NCBI GenBank assembly: GCA_965209055.1
Contig: OZ242374.1
Span: forward strand, 1,856,001 to 1,920,000
DNA: 64,000 nucleotides
Origin: Acidobacteriota bacterium
GTDB lineage: Bacteria; Acidobacteriota; UBA6911; RPQK01; JAJDTT01
Direction: 5' to 3'
In this document: one piece after another, positions 47,862 to 58,462 of the stretch
How the letters are laid out: each line of letters opens with the position of its first letter
Numbering within the stretch: the first letter of the stretch is position 1
Program-made: the position numbers and the translations under genes
The notes under the pieces: generated by a model
What the model was told of the DNA's origin: nothing
Databases searched by the model: none
The model's input: only the letters and a program-made list of their open reading frames with translations

Positions 47862-48964
47862 TGGACGGAAGGGTACCAGTTGAGTTCGTATCCGTCGGTT
47901 CTGTTGGTGTCCCGCCGAATCGGCTGCCAGCGCCCCCGATGATCCTGGGCCCGGGCCATCAGCAGGTGCTCCCCCTTGGGCGCCGTCCAGTCATAACTCC
48001 ACCGGACCCAGGTAAAGGGGCGGGATTCGCCTTCCAACCGGGCCGGGCTCCAGGTTCCGCCCCGGTCCGGACTGACCTGGACGGCGCCCACGCGGTGGGG
48101 ACCGGCCCAGGCAAAACCCCGAACCGGATATCGGCCCGGCGCCAGATTGGCTCCCGGCGGCGGAAAGGAGAACCCTGAATTGACCTGGACCTCCGAGACC
48201 CGTCCGGTGATCTCTTCCCGCGATCCGAACTTGACGTACCTCTGGTAAAGCAGGTCCATGCCGCTGGAATAGTAGGCGGAGGGCCAGTCGAAGGCGTCCA
48301 GGACGCGGACCCGCGTCAACCACTTGACCGAGTCCATGCCGTACCAGCCCGGAATGAAGGCCCGGGCCGGAAAACCGTTGCGCCGGGGCAGGAATTGCCC
48401 GTTGAGCTTGAAGGCCACCAGGGTTTCGGGAGCCAGGCATTTCTCCAGCGGCAGGATCCGCGAGTAGGGGGACTCGGGCATTTCGGGCATCAGGGCCCCC
48501 TTGTCCGCCCCCTGGAGCAGCACCCTCTTGGCTCCCTCCTTGGGCTGGGCCCGCCGGATCAGGTCGGAAAGGGGGATGCCCTCCCAGAGTCCGTTGCTCA
48601 CCAGCCCCGTCCGGTTTCCCGCGCACTCCAGGAGTCCCTCCAAAGTCCTGGTGGAGGTCTCCACCATGTCGGAGAAGGACAACTCCAGTGGATTGTCCAC
48701 GGCCCCTTCCACCCGCAGCCGCCAGGTCTTGAGCGACAGCCGGGGTTGCGGATGATGGCTCCGGACGAAGAACCGGTCGACGGGAGTCAGCGTTCCCTCC
48801 ACGTCCGCCATGGAGCTCAGGGAGACCCGGTCGTCCTCCAGCGGGGTCCCCTGAGTCGATTGCGACTGGGCCCGGACCGATCGCGTCAGCAACAACGCGG
48901 ACGCGACCCCGAACCACCTGCGCCGGCTGATCCTGCCGGAATTCTCGTCAGCTCTCATGGCCAA
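47846..48964 (-). CDS. Tat-exported sulfite oxidase-family molybdoenzyme
   Basis: ISRRRWF Tat-like motif; FFVRSH, LECAGN (Mo-ligating Cys), NGFPAR..PGWYGMDSVKWL, C-terminal dimerisation domain. Confidence 0.88.
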   Translation of the reverse strand: MAMRADENSGRISRRRWFGVASALLLTRSVRAQSQSTQGTPLEDDRVSLSSMADVEGTLTPVDRFFVRSHHPQPRLSLKTWRLRVEGAVDNPLELSFSDMVETSTRTLEGLLECAGNRTGLVSNGLWEGIPLSDLIRRAQPKEGAKRVLLQGADKGALMPEMPESPYSRILPLEKCLAPETLVAFKLNGQFLPRRNGFPARAFIPGWYGMDSVKWLTRVRVLDAFDWPSAYYSSGMDLLYQRYVKFGSREEITGRVSEVQVNSGFSFPPPGANLAPGRYPVRGFAWAGPHRVGAVQVSPDRGGTWSPARLEGESRPFTWVRWSYDWTAPKGEHLLMARAQDHRGRWQPIRRDTNRTDGYELNWYPSVQCNVL

Positions 48965-49023
48965 AGGTTAGCAGCCAATGGCGAAACTCGCCAAGCCGTT
49001 CAATCCTCTCCAGCACCGTCTGT

Positions 49024-50655
49024 TCACTCTTTCCTCTTTCCTCCTTCCACCACCACGTACTCCCGATCCGCCTCCAGTTTCTCCAGAACCTGGCGTTGTC
49101 CCCGGCTCCAACGCACCTCGATCCGCTGGACCTCGCCGGCCGTCCCCAACCCGAAGTGAAGCCGCGGGTCGTCGGACGACTGGTACCCCGACCCGGCCCG
49201 CACCTCCCGGATCTGAGTCGAATCCCCGGCGATGAGCGTGACCCGGGTTCCCACGGCGTCCCGATTGGATTCCGTCCCCTCCAATCTCAGGCGCAGCCAG
49301 TGGCCCTTGCTCCCCTCGTTGCGGTAAAGGGACAGCCCCCCGTCCATGTTGGAGACGGCCACGTCCACGTCCCCGTCATTGTCGAAGTCGGCAATTGCGG
49401 CGCCGCGGCTGGAATCAGCCTGGGAAAGCCCCAATGCCTCATCTGAAGCCATCTCCCGGAAACGGCCGTTGCCCAGGTTTCGAAACAGGAGGCTCCTCTG
49501 CCGGAACCGGGTCCCCGTTGGCCGGGTATCCACTTGCGGAAAGACGTGCCCGTTGGCCACGAAAAGGTCCTCCCAGCCGTCGTGGTCGTAGTCGAAGAAG
49601 TGGGCGCTCCACCCCAGGAAGCGCAGACTGGGCAGGCTCAAACCGGTGGGGCGGGTCACGTCACGGAAACGGCCGCCTCCCAGGTTCCGGTACAGGGTGT
49701 TGTAGTCGGCGGAGAAGTTGGTGACGTAGACGTCGAATCGTCCGTCCCGATCGTAGTCGCCAAAGGCGATCCCCATGCCGGCCTGAGCCTGCCCGTCCTC
49801 GTTGAAGGCCACGGCCGCCACGACTCCCCGTTCCTCGAAGGTTCCGTCTCCCCGATTGCGGAAGAGAAAGTTGGCCATGGAGTCGTTGGCCACATAGAGG
49901 TCGCTGGCGCCGTCGCCGTCGTAGTCGCACCAGACGGCGCCCATCCCGTAGGAAGCCGGAGCCTCCATCCCCGCCGCCTTGGTGGCTTCCCGGAAGGTGC
50001 CGTCGCCGTTGCTGAGGTAGAAGGTGTCCCGGGTCGCCGGAAGCCCCCCCGGCCCACAGTGGACCTGGACTCCGCGGTACTGGCAATCGGGCGATGCGGC
50101 GGGCGGATTCTCGTGGTCGAACTCCACGTAGTTGGCCACGTAGAGGTCCAGCCACCCGTCCCCGTTGGCGTCGGCGAAGGCGGCGCTGGAACTCCAGGAG
50201 GAGTCCCCCACCCCCGCTTCCCGGGTCACGTCCCGGAAGGTGCCGTCGCCGTTGTTCCGGTACAGGAGGTTGGGACCGTAGTTGCAGACGTAGAGGTCGG
50301 ACCAGCCGTCGTTGTCGTAGTCGGCGATGGTCACTCCCATGCCCCAATGGCGCCCTCCCACGCCCGCCTCGGAGGTTACCGGCCGGAAGGTGCCGTCCCC
50401 CTGGTTGCGGTAGAGGGCATTGGAGACGCTGCGTTTCCCGGTTCCCAGCTCCTCCCAGAGGCCCCCGTTGACGGCATACAGATCGAGCCAGCCGTCCCGG
50501 TCGTAGTCGATCCAACCGACTCCGCTGCCCACCGTCTCCAGGATGTGGTCCTTGGCGCTGCCGCCGCCCCGGTGCCGGAAGTTCAGCCCCGCTTCACGGC
50601 TCATCTCCGTGAAGTGAACTCCGCCGGAAAGCAGTAGCAGGAACGCCATGATCAT
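49024..50655 (-). CDS. CRTAC1-family / FG-GAP + ASPIC/UnbV protein
   Basis: ILETVGSG, repeated DYDxDGxxDLYV and LYRNxGDGTF, SRGAAIADFDNDGD, SNRDAVG, LHFGLG. Confidence 0.88.
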   Translation of the reverse strand: MIMAFLLLLSGGVHFTEMSREAGLNFRHRGGGSAKDHILETVGSGVGWIDYDRDGWLDLYAVNGGLWEELGTGKRSVSNALYRNQGDGTFRPVTSEAGVGGRHWGMGVTIADYDNDGWSDLYVCNYGPNLLYRNNGDGTFRDVTREAGVGDSSWSSSAAFADANGDGWLDLYVANYVEFDHENPPAASPDCQYRGVQVHCGPGGLPATRDTFYLSNGDGTFREATKAAGMEAPASYGMGAVWCDYDGDGASDLYVANDSMANFLFRNRGDGTFEERGVVAAVAFNEDGQAQAGMGIAFGDYDRDGRFDVYVTNFSADYNTLYRNLGGGRFRDVTRPTGLSLPSLRFLGWSAHFFDYDHDGWEDLFVANGHVFPQVDTRPTGTRFRQRSLLFRNLGNGRFREMASDEALGLSQADSSRGAAIADFDNDGDVDVAVSNMDGGLSLYRNEGSKGHWLRLRLEGTESNRDAVGTRVTLIAGDSTQIREVRAGSGYQSSDDPRLHFGLGTAGEVQRIEVRWSRGQRQVLEKLEADREYVVVEGGKRKE

Positions 50656-50721
50656 CTCCGCCAGTCTAGCAAGATGAGGAGGCCGCTCGCGTACGCTGGC
50701 GCATCGTGTAAAAATTGAAGC

Positions 50722-51312
50722 GTGAAGACTTCGCGACGGCGCCAATCCGGCGTGGCGGCTTGGACCCTGAGCCTCTTTATCTTCTGGGGCTACGGTTCGG
50801 GTCCTTCGGAGTTGAACCTGACGACCCTGTCAGGCGAGCGGGTGGACCCGTTCGCCGCCGTAGACTCGACTGGCGTCTTCTTGTTCATGCGCAGCGACTG
50901 TCCCATCTCCAACCGGTATGCGCCCGAACTTCGGCGGCTGCATGAGGCATTCTCGCCCCGGGGAGTGCGGTTCTGGTTCGTCTACGTGGACCCCCGGGAA
51001 GAGCCCGAGTCCATCCGGCGGCACGCGGAGGAATATCAAATTCCGGGAGAGATCCTTCGTGATTCCCACCACGACCTGGTGCGCCGCACGGGCGCCCGGG
51101 TCACTCCGGAGGCGGCCGTCTTCGCCGCCGGCGGACGGCTCGTCTACCGTGGGCGAATCGACGACCGGTACACCGATTTCGGCAAGGCGCGGGCCAAACC
51201 CAATCGCCGCGATTTGAAGCTGGCGCTGGAGGCTGTGCTCAACGGGGAATCGGTCGCGGAACCGGAGACGCAGGCCGTGGGGTGCTTCATCGCGGACCTG
51301 GCCGGCAGATAA
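50722..51312 (+). CDS. redoxin/thioredoxin-like domain protein
   Basis: DCPISNRY, GARVTPEAAV, YRGRIDD, AVGCFI. Confidence 0.8.
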   Translation: MKTSRRRQSGVAAWTLSLFIFWGYGSGPSELNLTTLSGERVDPFAAVDSTGVFLFMRSDCPISNRYAPELRRLHEAFSPRGVRFWFVYVDPREEPESIRRHAEEYQIPGEILRDSHHDLVRRTGARVTPEAAVFAAGGRLVYRGRIDDRYTDFGKARAKPNRRDLKLALEAVLNGESVAEPETQAVGCFIADLAGR

Positions 51313-51331
51313 CGGATAGGAGAACTTTGAG

Positions 51332-54160
51332 ATGCCAGTTCGGGGGCTTGCGGTCTTTTGTGTCCTTTGGTCCGGGTTCATGGGAATTTCGCCGGCCAGG
51401 GACGGCGCCATCCGCCATTCCGGCTTCGAGGACTTCAGCCAGGGGACCCTGGGGAACGCAGGGGCCAACGTCTACGTTTCCAGGAAGGGGACCGTCCAGG
51501 TCATCAACCAGTGGGATCTGAACCGGGACGGACACGTGGACCTGGTGCTGAGCAACACCCACGACAACATGAGCGTGGTTGACGCTCTCGTCTACTGGGG
51601 CAGCGCCGACGGTCCCCGTTCCCTTCTCCCCGAACTCTGGAGGGAACGGCCCCTGGCGCAGGTGGTCTACGGCCTGATGGACCGGACCGATCACGTGACC
51701 CGGCTCCCCTCCTTCGGCGGCGGCCGGTCGGCGGTTGCGGATCTGAACCGGGACGGATTCCCCGATCTGGTCTTCTGCAACTACATCCACAACTATCCGG
51801 GCGTCCGGACGGCGTACGTCTACTGGGGGAGCCGGGACGGGTATTCCCGCGTCGGGCGCACCGAACTGCCCACCCGGTGGGCGGCGGGCGTCGTGGCCCG
51901 GGACCTCAACTCCGACGGATACATGGACCTGGTCTTCGCCAATCAGGGGGTGGAAGCGGGAGCTGAGAAGATCTCGCCCAAGGTGGATCTCTCCTCCTAC
52001 ATCTACTGGGGCAGCGCCAACGGTTTCGATCCCGACCGCCCGGGACTGGTTCCCACCCGCGGCGCCCGGGACGTGGCCGGCGGCGACGTGAACGGGGACG
52101 GGGACCCTGACCTGATCTTCATCAACAACAGCCCTCAATCGAAAGGGATCCAGATCTTTTTTGGCCGCCAGGGCGTCTACGCCGCCGACCGCTCGTGGGA
52201 GGCGGAGACGGCTCCTCCCGGGAGCATCGGGACCGGCGACCTGGATCGGGACGGTTTCGACGACGTGGTGGTCACGGTGTCGGGTGAGGGCGCCCGGGAC
52301 GGCAACGTCCTCCTGTTCCTGGGAGGGAAGGACGGACCGGTCCCATCTCCCAGCCAGACCCTTCCGGCCATCGCTCCCACCGGCTCGGACATCGCCGATC
52401 TGAACGGGGACGGATACCTGGATCTGGCCGTGTCCAACTCCTCGAACGGGGAGCCGCTGCCCGAGTCCTACGTCTACTGGGGCGGGGCAGAGGGCTTCTC
52501 GGCGCAACTGCGGTCCCAGCTCCCGACCCTGGCCCCGGCCGACGTGGCTTCGGGCGACCTGAACCGGGACGGCCACCTCGACCTGGTCTTCGCCAACGCC
52601 CATGACGGTCAGTCCGCCGACGTGCCCTCGTACGTCTACTGGGGAAGTTCCACCGGCTTCGCGCCGTATATGCGGACCGAACTGCAGGGGTTCGGCGGCA
52701 ACAGCGTCAACCTGGCCGACCTGAACCTCGACGGAAACCTGGATGTGGTGCTGGTGAACCGGTGGAGCGGCAAGCACGCCGGCCAGGTCCTGAACAACAT
52801 CTACTGGGGCAACCCACACCACTACTATTCCACGGCGTCCCGCACGGCCCTGCCCGGACACGGCGCCTACGCCGTCGCCGTCGCCGACCTCAACGACGAC
52901 GGCTTCAACGATCTGGTCCTCACCAACTCCTACGTCGGGTACAGTTGGATCTATTGGGGCAGCCGGGACGGCTACTCCCCCGGGAACCGCCAGGAGTTGG
53001 CCGCCGCCAACGCCCATGGGGTCAGCGCCGCCGATCTGAACCGGGACGGCTACCTGGAGCTGGTCTTCACCCACGGCCGGGGCCGAAAGCTGGGGACCGT
53101 CTACTGGGGCGGAGAAGAGGGCTACTCCGACGCCCGCCGGACCTCGCTCCCCCTGAAGAACCAGAGGTGCACCAACAACCGGGTGGCGGACCTGAACCGG
53201 GACGGCCATCTGGACCTGCTCTTCCCCGGGAGCTGGTACGGCATCTACGAGATCTTCTGGGGCGCCGAGGACGGCTATTCGCCGGAGCGGAGCTGGAGCC
53301 GGGTGCTGCCGGCCGGCAACGTGGAACTGGCCGACCTGAATTCGGACGGAAACCTGGATTTCATGCTGGTGGGGAGCTTCGACCCCGAGACCCGGACCTA
53401 CACCGGCAACAGCTACCTGCTCTGGGGGACCGCCGAGGGGGTTCCCACGCTCGAGAACAAGGTGGAGCTGGAGGGTCACTCGCCCATCGAGTGCGGCATC
53501 GCCGACCTGAACCGGGACGGACACCTGGACCTGGTATTGTCCAACTACATGTCGGGCCGCACCCGCACCCTGCCGGTGTTCATCTACTGGGGCGGGGAAG
53601 GAGGCGCCTACAGCCGGACCAACCGGACCGATCTTCCCGCCTATTCCTCCTCCGCCATCCAGACGGTGGACCTGAACCGGGATGGCTGGCCCGAGATCGT
53701 GGTCCACAATCACATGAAAGACGGTGACCACTCCATCAACACTTACATCTATTGGAACGGCCCTGAAGGGTTCCACCGGGACCGGAAGACCGAAATCCCC
53801 AGCTTCGGTCCCCACTACAGCCAGATGACCGATCCGGGGGACATCTACACCCGGCGCTTGGAGGAGGAATACCTCTCGCCGCCGCTGGAACTACCCGGAC
53901 GCGGCGGCGTCCGGCTGATCTGGGAGGGGGAGGAGCCCCACGGAGCCCGACTGCAGTTCCAGGTCCGCACCGCGTCCAGCCGCGACGGCCTGGAATCCGC
54001 CGAGTGGACCGGGCCCTCCGGCGCCGGCTCCTTCTACCGGGAGTCCGGAACCGGGATCGCCGGCCTGGATGGAACCCGCCGCTGGGCCCAGTACCGGGCC
54101 GTCTTCACCTCTCCGGCCGGCGGTGTCTGGCCCATCCTGTCGGCCGTGGAATTGCGCTAG
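51332..54160 (+). CDS. secreted FG-GAP/VCBS repeat protein
   Basis: 14 DLNxDGxxD-type repeats, most followed by (I/V)YWG. Confidence 0.87.
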   Translation: MPVRGLAVFCVLWSGFMGISPARDGAIRHSGFEDFSQGTLGNAGANVYVSRKGTVQVINQWDLNRDGHVDLVLSNTHDNMSVVDALVYWGSADGPRSLLPELWRERPLAQVVYGLMDRTDHVTRLPSFGGGRSAVADLNRDGFPDLVFCNYIHNYPGVRTAYVYWGSRDGYSRVGRTELPTRWAAGVVARDLNSDGYMDLVFANQGVEAGAEKISPKVDLSSYIYWGSANGFDPDRPGLVPTRGARDVAGGDVNGDGDPDLIFINNSPQSKGIQIFFGRQGVYAADRSWEAETAPPGSIGTGDLDRDGFDDVVVTVSGEGARDGNVLLFLGGKDGPVPSPSQTLPAIAPTGSDIADLNGDGYLDLAVSNSSNGEPLPESYVYWGGAEGFSAQLRSQLPTLAPADVASGDLNRDGHLDLVFANAHDGQSADVPSYVYWGSSTGFAPYMRTELQGFGGNSVNLADLNLDGNLDVVLVNRWSGKHAGQVLNNIYWGNPHHYYSTASRTALPGHGAYAVAVADLNDDGFNDLVLTNSYVGYSWIYWGSRDGYSPGNRQELAAANAHGVSAADLNRDGYLELVFTHGRGRKLGTVYWGGEEGYSDARRTSLPLKNQRCTNNRVADLNRDGHLDLLFPGSWYGIYEIFWGAEDGYSPERSWSRVLPAGNVELADLNSDGNLDFMLVGSFDPETRTYTGNSYLLWGTAEGVPTLENKVELEGHSPIECGIADLNRDGHLDLVLSNYMSGRTRTLPVFIYWGGEGGAYSRTNRTDLPAYSSSAIQTVDLNRDGWPEIVVHNHMKDGDHSINTYIYWNGPEGFHRDRKTEIPSFGPHYSQMTDPGDIYTRRLEEEYLSPPLELPGRGGVRLIWEGEEPHGARLQFQVRTASSRDGLESAEWTGPSGAGSFYRESGTGIAGLDGTRRWAQYRAVFTSPAGGVWPILSAVELR

Positions 54161-54239
54161 GAGGGGCGACTTTCCTGTCGCCCGGTTTCCCCTCGTTCGG
54201 CGATGCCCAAAGAACCGGCGGTTAGGAAACCGCCGCTCC
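54160..54239. repeat. inverted pair of GGAG-hairpin elements (REPIN-like)
   Basis: Plus GGAG GGGCGAC TTTCCT GTCGCCC at 54160; minus GGAG CGGCGGT TTCCTA ACCGCCG at 54216-54239; between convergent genes. Confidence 0.8.
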
Positions 54240-54246
54240 GCTCCGA

Positions 54247-55458
54247 CTAATACTCTTCCGAAGTCTGCTCGATCCGGTACAGGTGGATGTCGGTTCTCAA
54301 CAGCAGGGTTTCACCCGCGACCGCCAGGGAAGCCAGCGTGCGGCCCTCGACCTGGTTCCTCGCCAGTTCCCGAAAAGCTTTCCTGGGATTGACTACGAAG
54401 GTCTCCCCGGTCTCGTTGAGAAAATAGATCCGATCGGCGCCGTAGAGGGGCGAGGCGGAGAATTGGCCTGGCAGACGCTGTTTCCAATGGACCTCCCCGG
54501 TCTTGGCGTCCAGGCAGCTCGCCACGCCCACGTCGCTGACCAGGTAGAGCTCGTCCCCCACCAGGATCGGTGAGGGGTTCAGAGGCGCTCCCCGGGTGAG
54601 CTTCCAGGCGATGTGGCTCTCGGTGACGTCTCCGCTGCCGCCGGGCCGGACGGCGTAGAGGACAGGACGAATGTACCCGGAGATGACGTAAACCAGATCG
54701 TGGCCGAAGACGGGGCGGGGCACGCCCGAGAATCCGTTGTGGGTGATCCACCAGATCACCTTCCCGTTGCGGGGATCGTAGGCTCCAACCTGGTTTCCAC
54801 CGGGACTGACCACCTGGGTCTGCTCCCCCACCTGGATGACCAAGGGAGTGGCATAGGCCATGTATCCCTGCCGTTGGGTCTTCCAGCGAACCTGTCCGCT
54901 CTCCTTGTCCAGCGCGGCCACGTACTGCACGTCGGTCCCGTCGCAAGCGACGATGAGCAGGTCCTCGAAGAGCACCGGAGAGCCGCCCGGACCGTGGCCG
55001 TGCTCGTACTCGAACTGGTTGCGCCAGAGCACTCGTCCATCGGTGGACACTGCGGCCGTGCCGTTTGCCCCGTAATGGACGTAGACCCGATCGCCCTCCA
55101 GCAACGCCGAGGGGGACGCATAGCTGTTCTTGGAGTGGATGCTTCCCGGGTCTTCCCGGCGGAAGACCTCCAGGTCGTGAAGCAGTTTTCCGGTCTCCAG
55201 ATCCAGGCAGACGAGTCGAAGCGAGCGGCCTTTGTCTTGTGCCGAAGTCATCCAGATCCGGCCGCTCCGGACCACCGGGGAAGACCAGCCGGAGCCGGGG
55301 ACCGGGACCTTCCAGAGGATGTTCTTCTCCTCGGACCAGTTCAGGGGCAGTTTTTCTGCGTGCGAGTGGCCCTGTCCGGCCGGACCCCGGAACTGGGGCC
55401 ATTCCTCCGCCTGCAGGAGACTGACGTTGAGGACCAGGAAGGGGAGGAGGCGGTTCAT
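54247..55458 (-). CDS. PQQ-like beta-propeller repeat protein, exported
   Basis: Signal peptide, EWPQFRGP, GWSSPVV, NSYASPS, GGSPVL, FSASP. Confidence 0.85.
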   Translation of the reverse strand: MNRLLPFLVLNVSLLQAEEWPQFRGPAGQGHSHAEKLPLNWSEEKNILWKVPVPGSGWSSPVVRSGRIWMTSAQDKGRSLRLVCLDLETGKLLHDLEVFRREDPGSIHSKNSYASPSALLEGDRVYVHYGANGTAAVSTDGRVLWRNQFEYEHGHGPGGSPVLFEDLLIVACDGTDVQYVAALDKESGQVRWKTQRQGYMAYATPLVIQVGEQTQVVSPGGNQVGAYDPRNGKVIWWITHNGFSGVPRPVFGHDLVYVISGYIRPVLYAVRPGGSGDVTESHIAWKLTRGAPLNPSPILVGDELYLVSDVGVASCLDAKTGEVHWKQRLPGQFSASPLYGADRIYFLNETGETFVVNPRKAFRELARNQVEGRTLASLAVAGETLLLRTDIHLYRIEQTSEEY

Positions 55459-55507
55459 GGTATGGCGGGTTCGGCCGGCGACGGTCTCGGCCCCGGGACC
55501 TGGGCGG

Positions 55508-56512
55508 TCAGTCCTCCTCGGCAAAGGCGGCGTCGAAAGCCACGCTGGAGGGCTTGAAGTCGATGGATCGGACGAAGGCGGCGGATTCGGTGGCGCCATG
55601 CTCCCGGTCCATGCCCGCGTCTTCCCACTCCACCGAGAGCGGGCCGTCGTAGCCGATGTCGTTCAGCGCCCGGATGATCTCTTCGAATCGGACGCTGCCC
55701 CGGCCCAGGGAACGGAAATTCCAGAACCGGTCCGGGTGCCCGAAGGGGAGATGCCCGCCGAACACGCCGGCGCGGGTGAGCGACGGCGACCAGTACGCGT
55801 CCTTCATGTGGACGTGGACGATCCGGTCCCCGAAGGTCCGGATGAAGTCCACATAGTCGACTCCCTGGTAGCCCAGGTGGCTGGGGTCGTAGTTGAAGCC
55901 GAAGCATTCGTGCCCGCCGACGGCTTCGATGGTCTTCTCGGCGGTGGCGATGTCGAAGGCGATCTCGGTGGGGTGGACCTCCAGTCCGAACCGCACGCCG
56001 CAATCCTGAAACACCTGGAGGATGGGCAGCCAGCGGCGTCCCACGTCCTGGAAACCCTGCTCGATGGTTTCAGGGTCCACGGGGGGAAAGGAGTAGAGGA
56101 GGTGCCAGATGCTGCTTCCCGTAAACCCGTTGACGATCTTGAGCCCGAACTCGGCCGCGGCCCGGGCCGTGTTTTCCATCTCCCGGGCGGCTCTTTCGCG
56201 AACTCCCTCCGGATCGCCGTCTCCCCAGACCGACGGGGGCAGGATGGCCTGGTGCCGGTCGTCGATGTTGTCGCAGACCGCCTGGCCCACCAGGTGGTTG
56301 CTCACGGCGTAGCACTGGAGTCCATACCGGTTCAGCGTGTCCCGGTGATTCCGGCAGTAGGAATCCTCTTCCAGCGCCCGATGGACCTCGAAATGATCAC
56401 CCCAGCAGGCCAGTTCCAGGCCGTCGTAGCCGAACTCCTTGGCCTTGCGGCACATGGTGTCGAAATCCAGGTCCGCCCATTGCCCTGTAAACAATGTGAC
56501 CGGTCGTCCCAT
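55508..56512 (-). CDS. sugar phosphate isomerase/epimerase (xylose isomerase-like TIM barrel)
   Basis: [49 protein letters not shown]. Confidence 0.87.
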   Translation of the reverse strand: MGRPVTLFTGQWADLDFDTMCRKAKEFGYDGLELACWGDHFEVHRALEEDSYCRNHRDTLNRYGLQCYAVSNHLVGQAVCDNIDDRHQAILPPSVWGDGDPEGVRERAAREMENTARAAAEFGLKIVNGFTGSSIWHLLYSFPPVDPETIEQGFQDVGRRWLPILQVFQDCGVRFGLEVHPTEIAFDIATAEKTIEAVGGHECFGFNYDPSHLGYQGVDYVDFIRTFGDRIVHVHMKDAYWSPSLTRAGVFGGHLPFGHPDRFWNFRSLGRGSVRFEEIIRALNDIGYDGPLSVEWEDAGMDREHGATESAAFVRSIDFKPSSVAFDAAFAEED

Positions 56513-56737
56513 AAACGCCTCCCGAACCGCGAGAATAGCACATGGATAAGGGGGTTTCAGCACCCTTTGGTCAAGGCGCGGCAACCCCGGTTCGAACTCC
56601 GGAGTCCAAGTCCGGAATCCTGATTCCAGACTCCGGGGTTCCCAATCGCACCTCCTGCGCCTTGCGGCTAACGCCATGGCTGACTATACTTTCCTCCGCC
56701 GGCACGGGAGTACCGTGTCCGAAGAAAGGACCTGAAA

Positions 56738-57466
56738 ATGATATTCCTCTATGCGGCCATCTATTTGGCCGTGGTGGTTCAGATTTCCAATTTGTGCACC
56801 ACCATCTACCTTCACCGGTACATGTCCCACCATGCCCTCAAGTTGCATCCTGCCGTGGCCATGGGCATGCAGTTCTGGCTCTGGTTGCATACCGCCATCG
56901 ACCCGCGGGAGTGGGTCGCGGTTCACCGCAAGCACCACCAGTTTCCCGACGAACATGGCGACCCTCACAGCCCCAAGCTGGAGGGCCTCTGGAAGGTCTT
57001 GCTGACCAACGCCTACCTCTACCGCAAGGAAGCGGCCAACCCGGAGACCGTGGCCCGGTACACCCGGGACATCCGCACCAACCGGTTCGAGGACTTCATG
57101 CACCGCCAGGGCTACCTGGGGTTGTTTCTGGGCGTCGTGGCGGCAGGCGTGTTGTTGGGACCCATCGCCGGGATCGTGACGTTTCTGTTGCAGGCGGTCG
57201 TCTACGTCTTCCTCAACGGCATGATCAACGGCGCCTGCCACGCCGTGGGCTACAAGAACTTCCGCAACACCGCCACCAACCTCCGTTGGGTGGCTTGGCT
57301 GACCGCCGGCGAGGGGCTGCACAACAACCACCACCACGCCCCGTCGTCACCCAAGCTGAGTCTTCGTTTGAGCGAGATCGATCCGGCATGGCCCGTCATC
57401 CGCCTGCTCGAGTGGTTGAAGCTGTGCAAGGTCAGGCCGCACCTCAAGCGCATGCCCTCGTCGTGA
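56738..57466 (+). CDS. membrane fatty acid (acyl-CoA, delta-9-like) desaturase
   Basis: His boxes HRYMSH, HRKHH and GEGLHNNHH; DPHSP. Confidence 0.9.
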   Translation: MIFLYAAIYLAVVVQISNLCTTIYLHRYMSHHALKLHPAVAMGMQFWLWLHTAIDPREWVAVHRKHHQFPDEHGDPHSPKLEGLWKVLLTNAYLYRKEAANPETVARYTRDIRTNRFEDFMHRQGYLGLFLGVVAAGVLLGPIAGIVTFLLQAVVYVFLNGMINGACHAVGYKNFRNTATNLRWVAWLTAGEGLHNNHHHAPSSPKLSLRLSEIDPAWPVIRLLEWLKLCKVRPHLKRMPSS

Positions 57467-57481
57467 ACCCCGGCGTTGGGG

Positions 57482-58375
57482 CTACCGGGCAGGTGGTCCC
57501 AGCGTGAACGTCTTTCCCCCCAACTCGAAGCGGACACCGCCGGCTCCCGGCGAGAATGGTGTCTCTTCGCCTTTTCGGGGAGACTCCGTCAATTCCAATG
57601 CTTCGCCGGAAACGGTCCGGACCAGAGCCGGATCGATTCTGCGGACGGTGCTGTTGCGAAGGTCCATCAGGAGCGGTCCGTCCAGGCCGGGCGCCTGAAT
57701 CAGAAATCCGCCGGCCCCTTCCGATTCATAGATCCGGGCTCGTTCTTCGGGTTGGCCTTCGATGGTCAGAGAGTAGCTCGAACTGGGCACGAACCGGGAG
57801 GTTTCTCCCAGTGAGCCCAGCCGATGGGCCGCCTCGATAAACTCGATGTCCGCGCTCCTGTAGGCCCAGATGGAGGCCCCGAGAGCCGCCAGCAGCGCCA
57901 AGCCGAGTCGCCTTTTCGGAATTCCTGCTGATTTGCGCCGCCTCCAGAAACAAAGCAGGGTCATAGGAACCATGAACAGTAGATCCTGCCAGAACGCCTC
58001 CGCGGGAGTGCGCTCGATCAGGGACCCGAAGCAGCCGCAACTTCCCGGTTCCCTCAGTCCCTGGGAGACGAGCCAATAGTCGCGTCCGTTGAGGAAGATA
58101 AGGAAGATCACCAAGGCCGCGGTCGGCAGCAGGACGACGAGGTGGCGAACTCCCAACAGCAACGCCGTCCCCAATCCCGCCTGAAGGGCCAGGGCGATCA
58201 GCGCCACCTGAACGGCGGTGAAAAGGAAGTCCAGTTCTTCCTGCCGGATCCGATCGATGAACGCGCCGAAGTCGTCAGGGTTCCAGCCCTTGCCATAGGT
58301 GGCAACCAGGAACCACACACCGAGGAGTATCGCCCCGGCCGTTCCGGCATGTTTTTTCCAACGGCTATGGTCCAT
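57482..58375 (-). CDS. MauE/DoxX-like membrane protein with C-terminal soluble domain
   Basis: Four to five TM helices and a CGCFG motif. Confidence 0.68.
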   Translation of the reverse strand: MDHSRWKKHAGTAGAILLGVWFLVATYGKGWNPDDFGAFIDRIRQEELDFLFTAVQVALIALALQAGLGTALLLGVRHLVVLLPTAALVIFLIFLNGRDYWLVSQGLREPGSCGCFGSLIERTPAEAFWQDLLFMVPMTLLCFWRRRKSAGIPKRRLGLALLAALGASIWAYRSADIEFIEAAHRLGSLGETSRFVPSSSYSLTIEGQPEERARIYESEGAGGFLIQAPGLDGPLLMDLRNSTVRRIDPALVRTVSGEALELTESPRKGEETPFSPGAGGVRFELGGKTFTLGPPAR

Positions 58376-58462
58376 GTGCGGTTATTCTACCCTTGCGTTC
58401 ATCCCGGATGCAGGCCGCCAGCTTGATCCCGGCAACGTCCGATAGGAGGGTGGAGATTCCGG

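Noticed and set aside
56595-56645. Roughly 7-nt periodic TCC repeats in the isomerase/desaturase intergenic region
   Set aside because: Short, irregular (spacings 6-8) and seen once; cannot be distinguished from chance.
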